From: Longimicrobiales bacterium
Lineage (GTDB): Bacteria > Gemmatimonadota > Gemmatimonadetes > Longimicrobiales > Gaopeijiaceae
Reading direction: 5' to 3'
Assembly: GCA_965197725.1 (NCBI GenBank)
Contig: CBDANQ010000053.1
Span: forward strand, 19,289 to 83,288
DNA length: 64,000 nucleotides
In this document: in pieces, positions 20,823-32,345 of the stretch
Position numbering within the stretch: the stretch's first letter is position 1
Layout of the letters: each line of letters begins with the position of its first letter
Translations under genes and position numbers: made by a program
Notes under the pieces: model-generated
What the model saw: the letters and a program-made list of their open reading frames with translations, nothing else
The model's database searches: none
What the model was told of the DNA's origin: nothing

Positions 20823-20845
20823 TGATTCATGTCCAATCCCAAGAA

Positions 20846-20951
20846 CATGCCCTCTACCCACTTGCGATTCTGCTGCCCACCCAAAGTGGCTCCTCTTCGC
20901 GCAACCCGAAACTGTTACCCATCAGGGTTTTCTACCGGGTCAGTTGGGCAC
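20846..20951 (-). repeat. Degenerate attC-like site between the GYD gene and hspQ
   Basis: Minus strand: GCCCAAC (RYYYAAC)...GCAGCAGAATCGC...GGTAGAGGGCATG. Confidence 0.45.
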
Positions 20952-20967
20952 TCGGGCCCGCACCGTG

Positions 20968-21261
20968 TTACGGCATCAACCCCACGATCTCAGCGAATTC
21001 ATCCGGATCCCAGGCGCGCATGGTGGTGCTCCTCACGTTTCCCTGTGCACCGGTAGCTAGCCCGAACGCGGTCGCGGCCTTTTCGTCCTCGGCCTCCCAG
21101 ATCGCGATGAGGTCGTAGGGGCCCGCGGTGTAGTAAACGGCAAGCACCCTCATGCCCATTCCGTCGGCCGCTTCGATCGCAGCCTTGAGCCGGCTGGGAG
21201 ATTCCTTCACAGCCCGGATGCCCTGGTCCGTGAAATTGTACAGTGTTGCGTACTTGGCCAT
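20968..21261 (-). CDS. GYD-domain protein
   Basis: FTDQGIR..SPSR..YYTAGPYDL..GNVRSTTMRA; GGAGG RBS. Confidence 0.88.
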   Translation of the reverse strand: MAKYATLYNFTDQGIRAVKESPSRLKAAIEAADGMGMRVLAVYYTAGPYDLIAIWEAEDEKAATAFGLATGAQGNVRSTTMRAWDPDEFAEIVGLMP

Positions 21262-21374
21262 CTGTCCGACCTCCTCTTGAGGGGTGTTTGTCGTAGACGA
21301 TGGGGATTCCTCCTTTCTGCCTCAAGACTTGAGGTGTCCTTCAACCACGGCGGGGCCAGCTTCCAGCGCCAACT

Positions 21375-22217
21375 TCAGTGGCGCAGCATTAGCCCGATGG
21401 CACTGCCGCCCCCCGAGGGAGCGATCGTGAGGTTGACGCCGGTGACCTCGTGCAGCTTTGGCACGCCCCATCCGACCAACGAGCCAATGATCGCACCGCT
21501 GATGATGTCGGTCGGGTAGTGCTTACCCCCGTGGTAGCGCATGTAACCAGTGGTTGTGGCGAGGGTCAGGGAGCCCGCCCACATCCACGTCGTCGCGGAC
21601 GAGCCAGGACGGAGCTTCGCATAGACTGAGCTGAGGAACACCGCCGCGGCGAAGGCGTTCGCGGTATGGCCGGACGGGAATGCGCGGCGAGCCTTGACCT
21701 CCAACCGCGCCTCGTCGGGGATGTCTGGATCGGCGTTGTAGACGAACGGCCTGGCCCGGTTCGTCACACCCTTCAGCAGCTCGACCAGACCGTTGCCAAC
21801 CAGGAATACCTCGCCGTACATGGCCGCCACGGTCCAGGACTGTCGCGACCCCGGCGTGGCGATCGCCAGGCCGAGTGGCGCAGCCATCAGGGTCAGGACG
21901 AGCGTGTTGCTCACGGCGGCGGCTGTGGTGGACCACTGCGTGGTAGCGGAGCCGTCGAAGCCGTTGATATCCGCTGGGTCGAGCAGCGAGATCTCCTCCA
22001 CGGTGAGGGGATCTTGCCCGCGACGGACGGCAGCGGCACCGGAGACGAGGACGACACCTCCGGCGGTGAGGCCGCCATCAAGCCACAGGTCGAGTTCGCC
22101 GGGGGAGCTTTCATGTTCCTGTGAGGCGGTGCACGGGGTGGCGAATCCCAGCAGAATAGAGCCGACGATCACCACGCGTTCCACGAAGACGCTAAGCGCG
22201 GGGATCTGAGCCTTCAA
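21375..22217 (-). CDS. PAP2-family phosphatase
   Basis: K..RARP, FPSGH and R...GKHYPTD motifs. Confidence 0.88.
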   Translation of the reverse strand: MKAQIPALSVFVERVVIVGSILLGFATPCTASQEHESSPGELDLWLDGGLTAGGVVLVSGAAAVRRGQDPLTVEEISLLDPADINGFDGSATTQWSTTAAAVSNTLVLTLMAAPLGLAIATPGSRQSWTVAAMYGEVFLVGNGLVELLKGVTNRARPFVYNADPDIPDEARLEVKARRAFPSGHTANAFAAAVFLSSVYAKLRPGSSATTWMWAGSLTLATTTGYMRYHGGKHYPTDIISGAIIGSLVGWGVPKLHEVTGVNLTIAPSGGGSAIGLMLRH

Positions 22218-22315
22218 TTGGGCACCCCTCTATCTACGCGGTAGCCGCCTTCCAGGGCGGCGTTCCGGCGGATGATGGCTTCGAACATGGCGGACAAGAT
22301 GCTGGACAGCTGCCT

Positions 22316-23476
<1,161 letters not shown>

Positions 23477-23538
23477 CAAGCCCTGAAGGCTGAAGAAGGC
23501 TGCTTTACCGCGTAGGCGGCTTCCCGCCTCGCATGGTC

Positions 23539-23922
23539 TCAGTGGCGGGTCTCGATATCGAGCGTGCCGCCAGATCCCGCCATGGTGCCGAAACGGAACA
23601 TCGCGTCGCTGAGGCTGAGGTAGGTTACGCTGGCGATGTCGGTGAGCTGCATGCCTCTCAGGCCCGAGGTGTCGCCTCGCGGAGATCCGTCGAAGAAGAC
23701 GGTGACAACCGTCACTTCGGAGACGCTCGTCAGACCCCTGGGCCGCAGCCACCGGGGTCGCAGCGATTGTATCGCATTGAACAGATCGGTCTCATTGGTC
23801 GCGACGAGCTCATCGTACGTGAGCACGTTTTCCGAGCCGCCGGCGCGGCTCGAGCCGCTCAAGGCACAAGCGACCAAGAGAGTCGCCACCGTTAGCGCGA
23901 CCGGTAATCGGAGTCTCTTCAT
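23539..23922 (-). CDS. Small lipoprotein with a TonB-plug-like domain
   Basis: LLVAC lipobox-like signal; LFNAIQSLRPRWLR..GGTLDIETR. Confidence 0.6.
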   Translation of the reverse strand: MKRLRLPVALTVATLLVACALSGSSRAGGSENVLTYDELVATNETDLFNAIQSLRPRWLRPRGLTSVSEVTVVTVFFDGSPRGDTSGLRGMQLTDIASVTYLSLSDAMFRFGTMAGSGGTLDIETRH

Positions 23923-24239
23923 CGCCTGAGATCCAGCTCAGAGAAGAACCATGAACACTTGGTTCCAACAATATACTTCAGCCTCAGCCATACCGCTGTG
24001 GTGACGTATGGAGGCGTCAGTCACCGTACCTGCCAGATGCCGAGCCAAGCATAACATCCATAAGGAGTCTCTAGTGGGCCCATGGGGGGCGACGGCGGGT
24101 TTGAGGAGGCGCGGAGCGCGTAATAAGCAAAAGAAGGTGCACGCTAGTAGTTTGGTCGTTCCACATATCGGGCGAGCGGACAAGCGACGTGACTCGTAGC
24201 TTGTGAGGCCCCATGCCGGAGAGTGCCATGAAGAGTGCC

Positions 24240-25106
24240 ATGAGCAGACAACAACTCGCGTTTGCCGCCGGGATCGCTGCCGCTCTGGCAGGCGCACCTC
24301 TGTGCGCCCAGGACGACTACGAGACCGCACGGATCGCCGACGGCGTGTACCAGTTCAGGTGGATCGGCCACAACGGGATGTTCGTCACCACCGACGAAGG
24401 CGTAGTCGTCTTCGACCCGATCAACGTCGACGCTGCGAGGGTATTCGCATCGGAGATTCAGCGAATCGCGCCCGGCTCTCCCTTGGTGAGCATCGTGTAC
24501 AGTCACAGTGATGCAGACCATGCGACCGGCGCTAATGCCCTCATGACCGCCATGGGTCAGGAAGGCGTCCCCATCATCGCGCACGAGAACGCCGTCGCTC
24601 CGATCCGGGCGCGCGGGAGCGCTGATCAGCCCGTGCCGAATGTGACGTTCTCCGACAAGCTGCGGTTCGAGATCGGCGGCCGCTGGATCGAGCTCTACTA
24701 TCTAGGGCCGAGCCACACGGACAACATGGCCGTGCCGTTCTTTCCCGACGTGGGCGTGGCGTTCGCCGTCGACTTCGTCTCCCTCGACGCGATGGGGTAT
24801 CGAGAGCTGCCGGGGTGGCAATTCCCAGAGTTCTTCGATGCGGTCTCCGGATTACTTGACATCCCGTTCGAGACGATGGTCTTCGGGCACGGACCACCGG
24901 GCGACCGGGCGGCGATCCAGCGACAGATCGCCTACTACGACGACCTCACCGCCGCCGTGCGGACAGCGGTCGCGGATGGCCTCACGGAAGACCAGGCCGC
25001 CCGGAGAATCCGTCTCGATCAGTACGCCGACTGGGATCGCTACGAAGACTATTTCCCGATGAACGTGCGAGCGGTGTATCGGTGGGTCGCAGGCGCGGGC
25101 CGGTAG
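24240..25106 (+). CDS. Secreted MBL-fold metallo-hydrolase
   Basis: Signal peptide; YSHSDADHATG, SHTDN, FGHG. Confidence 0.88.
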   Translation: MSRQQLAFAAGIAAALAGAPLCAQDDYETARIADGVYQFRWIGHNGMFVTTDEGVVVFDPINVDAARVFASEIQRIAPGSPLVSIVYSHSDADHATGANALMTAMGQEGVPIIAHENAVAPIRARGSADQPVPNVTFSDKLRFEIGGRWIELYYLGPSHTDNMAVPFFPDVGVAFAVDFVSLDAMGYRELPGWQFPEFFDAVSGLLDIPFETMVFGHGPPGDRAAIQRQIAYYDDLTAAVRTAVADGLTEDQAARRIRLDQYADWDRYEDYFPMNVRAVYRWVAGAGR

Positions 25107-25115
25107 CGGCCGGTC

Positions 25116-25289
25116 ATGCCCGCCCAGCGCCCTCAAGATCTCGTATTCACGCTGTATGGTGAGTACCTCCTGCACCGCGACGAGCCGATTTGGGTCGGCA
25201 GTCTCATCTCGCTGCTTCAGCCCTTCGGCCTAGCGGAGGCCGCGGTCCGCACGGCCCTCTCACGCATGGCGGAAATAAGGAGTCTCTAA
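25116..25289 (+). pseudogene. Truncated PaaX-family regulator (N-terminal wHTH only)
   Basis: PQDLVFTLYGEY..IWVGSLISLLQPFGLAEAAVRTALSRM, cut at the repeat. Confidence 0.8.
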
Positions 25290-25427
25290 CCCCCCTTGGG
25301 GGGCGATGGGGTGGGTTTGAAGTGACGCGGAGAGGGTGAAGGTGGGATGCTGTGCTCACCGCCGATGAGGCTTCTCAGCCTTCCTGATCGATCCGATACT
25401 CCCAAAATCGGCTCTTCCCATGCCGGC

Positions 25428-25465
25428 TTAACAGCCAGGCGCTCTGCCGATTGAGCTACACCCCA
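25428..25465 (-). repeat. Displaced 5' half of tRNA-Asn (att site)
   Basis: Identical to 19059-19096; ends at the end of the anticodon loop. Confidence 0.92.
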
Positions 25466-25516
25466 TCTGTTCTGTGACAGTATCGGCTCGCACGCTGTCG
25501 GGTCTGGACCGTCACG

Positions 25517-26458
25517 CTACGCTTCGAGCGCCTTCAATGCGGCGACCGTCAAACGTACGTGCTCCGCGGAATCCTGCAAAGCCGCCGTTTCGTCAGCATC
25601 GAGCTCCACTTCCAGAATACGCTGGAGGCCGCTTTCACCGAGCATGCAAGGCACTCCCAGGTACATATCGTTCATGCCATACTCGCCCTGGAGCCAAGCC
25701 GCACAAGGCAGTATACGCTTCTTGTCCTTGACGATCGCCTCGGCCATTTGCACGGCGGCGGCCGCCGGCGCGTAGTACGCACTCCCCGTTTTGAGGAACG
25801 CGACGATCTCGCCGCCGCCCTTCCGCGTCCTCTCGACCAGCGCGTCGATGCGGTCCTGAGCGAGCAGCTGGGTGAGCGGAATTCCACTCACCGACGTATA
25901 GCTCGCGAGCGGCACCATCGTGTCGCCATGGCCTCCCAGCACGAGCGCCTGGATATCTTCGATGCTGACGTCGAGCTCGAGCGCGATGAAGGAGCGGTAG
26001 CGCGCCGTGTCGAGCACGCCGGCCATTCCAATCACCCGCTCCCGGGGGAATCCGGTTGTCTCGAGCACGACCTGTGCCATCACGTCCAGCGGGTTGGTCA
26101 CGACAATGACGATCGAGTCCGGCGCAACGCGCCTGATCTGCTCGGACACGGAGCGGATGACCCCGGCATTGATCTTCAGAAGATCGTCCCGGCTCATGCC
26201 AGGCTTGCGCGCGATACCGGCCGTCACGATGAAGATGTCGGAGCCCACAGCCTCCTCGTACCCGTTCGTGCCGGTCACGCGGGTGTCACATCCCTGGATG
26301 GGCGCGCTCTCCCACTGGTCCAGCGCCTTGCCCTGCGGAATCCCCTCGACGATGTCGACGAGGATCACCTCGCGGGCGAGTTCCTGTTGGGCGAGCAGCT
26401 GCGAGCAAGTCGCGCCGACGTGCCCGGCGCCAACGACTGTGATCTTCTTCGCACTCAT
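25517..26458 (-). CDS. mdh: Malate dehydrogenase
   Basis: GAGHVG, ARKPGMSRDDL, VLGGHGD, GSAYYAP. Confidence 0.96.
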   Translation of the reverse strand: MSAKKITVVGAGHVGATCSQLLAQQELAREVILVDIVEGIPQGKALDQWESAPIQGCDTRVTGTNGYEEAVGSDIFIVTAGIARKPGMSRDDLLKINAGVIRSVSEQIRRVAPDSIVIVVTNPLDVMAQVVLETTGFPRERVIGMAGVLDTARYRSFIALELDVSIEDIQALVLGGHGDTMVPLASYTSVSGIPLTQLLAQDRIDALVERTRKGGGEIVAFLKTGSAYYAPAAAAVQMAEAIVKDKKRILPCAAWLQGEYGMNDMYLGVPCMLGESGLQRILEVELDADETAALQDSAEHVRLTVAALKALEA

Positions 26459-26550
26459 GGGGCGACCTGGCTCCACGGGGGTTTCCTTCAGAAATCGAAC
26501 GACCGTGATCCTCGGCCGCGCGTGGAGTATAACGACCTGCTTGCCGCGGT

Positions 26551-27531
26551 CTACCCGCCGGTTTGAGACAGCGCGACGAGCCCACCGGACCCCACGTCAC
26601 TGCCCTGGATGAGGTAGTGCCGCTCCGGCTTGATGCGGAGCGTTTCCTCGATGAGCGGCCGCAAGTCTTCCCCTGCGCGCAAAGGGTCGCGCAGGTTGGT
26701 TTCGATGTCCCCGAAGAGGCACGGGCGGAGCTGCCCGGAGGCCGTCAGCCGCATGCGATTGCACCGGTCACAGTAGTTGTGACTCATCGGGGTGATGACC
26801 CCGACGGTGCCCGGAGCGCCGGGGAACCGATAGTAGGTGGCGGGCCCGTTTCCGAACGGACCGTCGACGGCCTCCAGCTCTTCGATCGCGCGGACCCGGC
26901 GCAGCGCTTCGGCGCATGATACGAAGCTGTTCGCGCTCAAGTCTAGGTTGGCCCCGGTGGGCATGAGTTCTATGAAACGCACGTGCCAGGGGCGCTCGCG
27001 CGTGATGCGCGCGAAGTCTTCGATCTCGTCGTCGTTCTGTCCGCGGATGAGCACGACGTTGATCTTCAGAGGCGTGAAACCGACCTGCTCGGCGGCATCA
27101 AGCCCTTCCATGATCTTCGAGTATGAGCCGGGCCGGCGTGAGATCGCGTCCACGCGATCCGCCTGCAGGGAGTCCAGCGAGATGTTGAGGCGCTGGACTC
27201 CCGCCTGCTTCAGCGCTTCAGCGTTCTCGGCGAGCATCACGGCGTTGGTGGACAGGGAGAGATCCTCGATCTCCGGCACCGCGGCGATCATGTGCACGAG
27301 ATCGGGAAGGTCACGGCGGACCAGCGGCTCGCCTCCGGTGAGGCGGACGCGCTCGAGCCCCATTCCGGCCATAGTGCGAACGACGCGCACGATCTCCTCG
27401 TACGAGAGAATCTCCTCGCGCTTGAGCCAGGGCAGCCCCTCGAGCGGCATGCAGTACACGCAGCGCAGATTACATTTGTCAGTGACTGAGACGCGTAGGT
27501 AGCGTACGGTCCGCCCGAATTGATCGATCAC
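26551..27531 (-). CDS. moaA: GTP 3',8-cyclase
   Basis: CNLRCVYC, YCDRCNRMRL, C-terminal GG; in an operon with moaE and moaD. Confidence 0.95.
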   Translation of the reverse strand: MIDQFGRTVRYLRVSVTDKCNLRCVYCMPLEGLPWLKREEILSYEEIVRVVRTMAGMGLERVRLTGGEPLVRRDLPDLVHMIAAVPEIEDLSLSTNAVMLAENAEALKQAGVQRLNISLDSLQADRVDAISRRPGSYSKIMEGLDAAEQVGFTPLKINVVLIRGQNDDEIEDFARITRERPWHVRFIELMPTGANLDLSANSFVSCAEALRRVRAIEELEAVDGPFGNGPATYYRFPGAPGTVGVITPMSHNYCDRCNRMRLTASGQLRPCLFGDIETNLRDPLRAGEDLRPLIEETLRIKPERHYLIQGSDVGSGGLVALSQTGG

Positions 27532-28004
27532 GCGTCACCCTCTTTCCCAACGGCCGCGGCCTCAGCGGCCGGCGCGGTGCCCGGCGGCTCGGTGCCTTCA
27601 ACCCACTCGGAGACCCCGTCGACGTAATGCTCCTTCTTCCAGACGGGAAGACGCTCCTTGAGCTGCTCGATCACGTACCGTGACGCCTCGTACGCCTCTG
27701 CGCGGTGCGGACTAGAGACGGCGATCGCCACGCTGACCTCACCGATCGCCAACTCTCCGAAGCGATGCGCGACCGCGACGCGGTCCGTGCCCAAGCGCTC
27801 AGCAGCCTCTTCAGCGATCGTCCTCAGGACCTCGCCGGCCATCTCCTGGTAGGCGTCGTAGCGCATGCCCGAGACCGGTCGCTCGTCGGCGTGATCACGG
27901 ACGACGCCCAGGAAGAGCAGCGTCGCGCCGTCTCGGTCGGACCCGACCCGAGCCAGGACTTCGGCCGGGTCGATCGCTTCGGAGGCCACGCGCGCAAAGA
28001 TCAT
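27528..28004 (-). CDS. moaE: Molybdopterin synthase catalytic subunit
   Basis: HRFGEL, SSPHRAEA, LPVWKKEHY. Confidence 0.95.
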   Translation of the reverse strand: MIFARVASEAIDPAEVLARVGSDRDGATLLFLGVVRDHADERPVSGMRYDAYQEMAGEVLRTIAEEAAERLGTDRVAVAHRFGELAIGEVSVAIAVSSPHRAEAYEASRYVIEQLKERLPVWKKEHYVDGVSEWVEGTEPPGTAPAAEAAAVGKEGDA

Positions 28005-28006
28005 GG

Positions 28007-28258
28007 TCAGCCGCCCGCGACCGGCGGTATGAACGCGACCTCGTCTCCTGCGCCAAGGGGCTCGTTCAGCATCGCGTAGGTGCGATTGACAGCCACCGCA
28101 GGCTGCGCCGGCAAGATGTCGAACGGAGAGCCACGGCCCCTCAACTCTGCCACGAGGTCCGCAACCGTAGCGCCTTGCGCGAGCTCCACCGTCAACTCGG
28201 AGAGCCCGAGCCGATCACGGTAGGCAGCAAAAAAGAGCGTACGGACAGGAACGGACAT
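28007..28258 (-). CDS. moaD: Molybdopterin synthase sulfur carrier
   Basis: LFFA..AVN..GDEVAFIPPVAGG. Confidence 0.95.
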   Translation of the reverse strand: MSVPVRTLFFAAYRDRLGLSELTVELAQGATVADLVAELRGRGSPFDILPAQPAVAVNRTYAMLNEPLGAGDEVAFIPPVAGG

Positions 28259-28320
28259 GAATCCCTCAGAAGAGAGTGGCGCGCTGAGCCGACTGAGCTT
28301 GGGAGATCCCGCGGGCTACG

Positions 28321-28968
28321 TCAACGTTCCCGTGAGAAACCCCCGAGCAGTGGCAGCTCGGACCCGTTGGGTCGACCCAACGCGCGTCCGCCCCCGAACG
28401 CCCCGGGGCTACCGCCCGGTCGCACATCGCCGCCACCGCGGCCGCGGCCGCCGCCCCGGCCGTCCCTGCGTCCTGGCTGACCCCGGAGGCGCCGGATACG
28501 CTGACCGAGTTGCTCTCGAAGATTCACGAGCCGCAAGACCTGTACGGGCGTGAGAACCTGGAGCAGTGCCTCGTGCTCCGCCTGGAATAGCGCGGCTTCT
28601 TGGATCCGCAGCGCGGACATGCGCTCCAGCAACTCCGCCGCCTCGGCTTGGTCCTGCCCACCTTCGAGCATCAGAGCCTCGACGCGGCGTCTCAGAGCCT
28701 GCTCCTGACGCCCCACCTGCCGGCGCTGCTCCTCGAATCCCCGGACTGTCTCGTCGAGGCGGGCCTCCTCCTCCTCGCTGAGGCCGAGCTGCTCCCGGAT
28801 CATCTCGGCCATGCGCGCGCGTACGCGCCGTTCCAGCTCCATCCTCTCTGGCCCCTGCCCTCTGCGCCCCATCGGCGGCCGTCGCTGCGCCTCCACGGGC
28901 ACAACGACGAGGAGCGAAAGCAACACAGAAAGCACGAACCCCGACTTGGCCAGCCGCGACGTCCTCAT
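28321..28968 (-). CDS. Periplasmic Spy/CpxP-like protein
   Basis: Signal peptide, LGLSEEE and VLTPVQ motifs; downstream of the ECF pair. Confidence 0.7.
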   Translation of the reverse strand: MRTSRLAKSGFVLSVLLSLLVVVPVEAQRRPPMGRRGQGPERMELERRVRARMAEMIREQLGLSEEEEARLDETVRGFEEQRRQVGRQEQALRRRVEALMLEGGQDQAEAAELLERMSALRIQEAALFQAEHEALLQVLTPVQVLRLVNLREQLGQRIRRLRGQPGRRDGRGGGRGRGGGDVRPGGSPGAFGGGRALGRPNGSELPLLGGFSRER

Positions 28969-29441
28969 GCCGAACCCCCCGCTCCACCCACGTCCAATTC
29001 ATCCAGAAACCGCAGAAGCGCCTCGTCGCTCAGAGCATCGAGTACCGGAGCCCCTGCGATGAGGCCGTCGTCACTGAGCCACAGGTCTCCGTCTTCGAGC
29101 TCGTACGCGTAGCCCGGAATCGCCGACTCGGGTTGTTCAGGCCGGTCGGAAGAGATGCCGATGCCGAGGGCGAGAGCCGCCACGGCGGCCGCGGTGATAC
29201 CCCACCAGGGACGGCTGACAGATGTGCGGTCGTAGCGCACGGCGTCGCGGACCCGATTCGCGAGCCCGTCCGGCGCGTCGACACGAGACTCGAAGACAAG
29301 GCATGCGAGCCCTACTTCGGCCCTGCACTCATCGCAGGCCTTCAGGTGCGACCCCACCGATGTGCCATCGAGCTTGGCGAGTCGCCCACTCACGTATTCG
29401 GGAATCCACTCCCGCACCGTTTCGCACTTCACATTGCTCAT
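28965..29441 (-). CDS. Zinc-finger anti-sigma factor
   Basis: HLKACDEC (ZAS motif) plus one TM helix. Confidence 0.88.
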   Translation of the reverse strand: MSNVKCETVREWIPEYVSGRLAKLDGTSVGSHLKACDECRAEVGLACLVFESRVDAPDGLANRVRDAVRYDRTSVSRPWWGITAAAVAALALGIGISSDRPEQPESAIPGYAYELEDGDLWLSDDGLIAGAPVLDALSDEALLRFLDELDVGGAGGSA

Positions 29442-29995
29442 TGCATCAACTCCCTGAGCCGTCGGATCCCATGAAAGTAGTTGACCCTGGCAGCACCCTC
29501 GCTGGATCCGATGATCTCGCCGATCTCCTTGAAGCTCAGCCCCTCTTCTATCCTAAGTGAAACGGAGAGCTTCTGCTTCTCTGGTAACGTCTCCATCATC
29601 CTTCGTGCCCGCGCGGCCTCCTGCGCATCGACCGCTTCGGTGTCCGGTGCTTTCTGCTCCGCTCGCACCTGCCCCGCATCCTCTAGCGCCGTCTCTCTCC
29701 GGCGTCCTCTTCGGCGCAACGCGCCTCGTGCCTCATTACCCGCGATGGTGAGGACCCAGGTTCGAAAGGACGCATCGCCCCGGAACCCTCCGAGCGCTCG
29801 AAACGCCTTGATGAACGCGTCCTGCACCGCGTCCTGCGCCGCATCGTCGTCCTGCAGCATAGAGAACGCCACGCGGTACGCAGCCGCGTGATGTCGCTCC
29901 ACCAAACCGCTGAGAGCCTCGTCGTCACCGGCGCGCCCCCTTTCGACCAATTCCTCGTCGGAAAGAATCGCGTCAGACTGTTCGTCGTCCCTCAC
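29438..29995 (-). CDS. ECF RNA polymerase sigma factor
   Basis: AQDAVQDAFIKA..FRTWV..GLSFKEIG. Confidence 0.93.
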   Translation of the reverse strand: MRDDEQSDAILSDEELVERGRAGDDEALSGLVERHHAAAYRVAFSMLQDDDAAQDAVQDAFIKAFRALGGFRGDASFRTWVLTIAGNEARGALRRRGRRRETALEDAGQVRAEQKAPDTEAVDAQEAARARRMMETLPEKQKLSVSLRIEEGLSFKEIGEIIGSSEGAARVNYFHGIRRLRELMQ

Positions 29996-30073
29996 CGAAC
30001 GTCAGACGCGCGCACGCCCAGAAACGTTAAATGAGGATCCAGCGAATCGACCGAGGCACGGTCCGGCCATGAA

Positions 30074-30373
30074 TCAGCCGGAAACTTCGTCCAGCCTTGC
30101 GACGCGGCTACGGAGATGCTTCGAGGGTTTGAAGACGGGCACGGACCGCGACGGCACTTCGACCGGATCCCCGGTTCGGGGGTTGCGAGCCACTCGCGTC
30201 TTCCGCTTGCGCACCTTGAATGTGCCGAAGCCCCGGATCTCGATGTTGTCGCCGTTCGCGAGCGCAAGCTTCACGGCGTTCAACAACCCATCCACGACGA
30301 GTGCGCAGTCCTTCTTGGTGATCCCGGGGCCGATCGCTTCGGCCACCTGCTCAACCAGGTCCGCCTTCGTCAT
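30074..30373 (-). CDS. HU/IHF-beta family DNA-binding protein
   Basis: MTKADL..IEIRGFGTF..ARNPRTG. Confidence 0.95.
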   Translation of the reverse strand: MTKADLVEQVAEAIGPGITKKDCALVVDGLLNAVKLALANGDNIEIRGFGTFKVRKRKTRVARNPRTGDPVEVPSRSVPVFKPSKHLRSRVARLDEVSG

Positions 30374-30513
30374 GCTTCCTCCAGAAGAGCGTCTTTCCAG
30401 GGGCTTCTGAATCCAACTGTCTCGCTAGGGGCCAGGCACGGTAACGACGGCCTCGTGCGGCCGCAAGGTGACCGGAATCGTTGTGACAGATGGACTTAGG
30501 TGCGTGGTCCGAC

Positions 30514-31632
30514 TCAGGCGGAGGGTGCTCGTCGCTCTTCCATGAGCTCGATGAACCGATCGAAGAGATAACGACTGTCGTGGGGCCCCGGGGCGGCCTC
30601 CGGATGGTACTGCACCGAGAGCACAGGATATTCGCGGTGCTCGACGCCCTCGACCGTGAGATCGTACAGGTTGAGGTGCGTGAGCCGCAGGTCGGGGGCC
30701 CCCGGAATCGCATCGCCTTCCCCGCTGCCCACCGCGAAACCGTGATTCTGAGAAGTGATCTCCACCTTCTGGCTGTCGAGGTTCTTCACGGGATGGTTCC
30801 CACCGTGGTGTCCGAACGGGAGTTTGAACGTGCTCGCTCCAAAAGCGCGGCATATCAGCTGATGCCCCAGACAGATTCCGAAGACCGGGACATCTGCCTT
30901 GGCGAGCCCGAGGATCGCGGCCCCCACCTGCTCAACCGCCGCAGGGTCTCCGGGTCCGTTCGAGACGAACATGCCGTCCGGCGGATCGTCGAGGATCTTC
31001 TCCACTGATGTGTCCGCGGGAATGACAGTGACCCGACACCCCCGTTCGGCAAGCAGCTTGGGGGAGTGGGCCTTCACACCGAAATCGGACGCGAGCACGT
31101 GGAAGCGCTCTTCCCCGATGGCGGGGACCGAGTACGGCTGCTCTGTCGAGATTCCACAGGCGAGGTCGAGGCCCTCCATGAGCGGATGCGCCCGCACTTT
31201 TTCCATCACCTTCTCTTCGGACATCCCCACCGGGGCGATCGCCCCGCGCATCGCGCCCTTCGAACGGATGTGTCGCGTGAGCGCACGAGTGTCGAGATCG
31301 GCGATCCCCGTGATGCCGTTCTGCTTCAGATAGGCGTCGAGGCCGCCTTCGGAGCGCCAGTTGGAGTGGAGCCGCGACGCTTCACGAACGATAAAGCCCG
31401 CAACCTGAGGGACTGGGGATTCCCGGTCATCGGAGTTGACGCCGTAGTTGCCGATGAGCGGGTAGGTCATCGTGACCAACTGGCCAGTGTACGACGGGTC
31501 GGTCAGGACCTCCTGATACCCGGTCATGCAGGTGTTGAAGACGACCTCACCCAAGGCGAGGTCCGACGCGCCCACGAGATCGCCGTCGAAGCGGCGACCG
31601 TCTTCCAGGAGTAGGTAGGCTGTGCTTTCCAG
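30514..31632 (-). CDS. carA: Carbamoyl-phosphate synthase small subunit
   Basis: GEVVFNT, SNGPGDP, GICLGHQ, QYHPEA; probable CTG start. Confidence 0.95.
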   Translation of the reverse strand: MESTAYLLLEDGRRFDGDLVGASDLALGEVVFNTCMTGYQEVLTDPSYTGQLVTMTYPLIGNYGVNSDDRESPVPQVAGFIVREASRLHSNWRSEGGLDAYLKQNGITGIADLDTRALTRHIRSKGAMRGAIAPVGMSEEKVMEKVRAHPLMEGLDLACGISTEQPYSVPAIGEERFHVLASDFGVKAHSPKLLAERGCRVTVIPADTSVEKILDDPPDGMFVSNGPGDPAAVEQVGAAILGLAKADVPVFGICLGHQLICRAFGASTFKLPFGHHGGNHPVKNLDSQKVEITSQNHGFAVGSGEGDAIPGAPDLRLTHLNLYDLTVEGVEHREYPVLSVQYHPEAAPGPHDSRYLFDRFIELMEERRAPSA

Positions 31633-31763
31633 GGGTCCCTCACTGTGCTGACCAGCGGGTCGTCGGCCAAAAGCTACCCACGGGGTCAACCGGGTCAACC
31701 CGGACTCCCGAGCGCGCCCGGTCACACTTAGGTTGAGCGGCCAGTTACCCGTCGGAGCACGCA

Positions 31764-32345
31764 ATGAGCACCGAAGTCGTCTACATCCACGCCGATGAAT
31801 CCTGCCTGGGGAATCAGTTCCAGAAGCGGGCCAACCCCGGTGGAGCCGGTGGCCTCCTGGAGGTCTGGAAGAACGGCGAATGGGAGCGGCGGGACTATTG
31901 GATCTCGGAGCCCGACACGACCAACAACCGCATGGCGCTGCGAAGCGCTCTCGAGGGGCTTAGCGTGCTCAGACGTCGCTGCACCGTGCACTTCGTCTCG
32001 GACAGCCAGTATCTGGTGAAAGGGATCTCCGAGTGGATGCCGAACTGGAAGCGGCGCGGTTGGAAGAGGAAGGCCGGCAAGATCGAGAACCTGGAGCTCT
32101 GGAAACAGCTGGACACCCTGCTCCAGCGCCACGACATGCGTCCCCGCTGGGTAAAGGGCCACGCCGGACACCCCGAAAACGAGTACGCGAACGAACTCGC
32201 GACGATCGCCGCCAAGGATCGGTCGAACTCCGGCGGCCTGATAGACTCCGGCTTCCAGGAGTGGCTCGACGCTCTACGCGAGAAGGGGAAGTACCTCGAG
32301 TACATGGAATTCCAGGCGCCGGCGGAGCGGTTCTCGCGGAAGTAG
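31764..32345 (+). CDS. rnhA: Ribonuclease HI
   Basis: DESCLGN, TTNNRM, SDSQY, WVKGHAGHPENE. Confidence 0.93.
   Translation: MSTEVVYIHADESCLGNQFQKRANPGGAGGLLEVWKNGEWERRDYWISEPDTTNNRMALRSALEGLSVLRRRCTVHFVSDSQYLVKGISEWMPNWKRRGWKRKAGKIENLELWKQLDTLLQRHDMRPRWVKGHAGHPENEYANELATIAAKDRSNSGGLIDSGFQEWLDALREKGKYLEYMEFQAPAERFSRK

Larger units (their letters stand above)
24060..25335 (+). repeat. Imperfect direct repeats (24060-~24123 and 25275-~25340) with identical core ATAAGGAGTCTCTA
   Basis: 14-bp identity followed by similar GGGGGCGA..GGGTTTGA..CGCGGAG. Confidence 0.7.
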
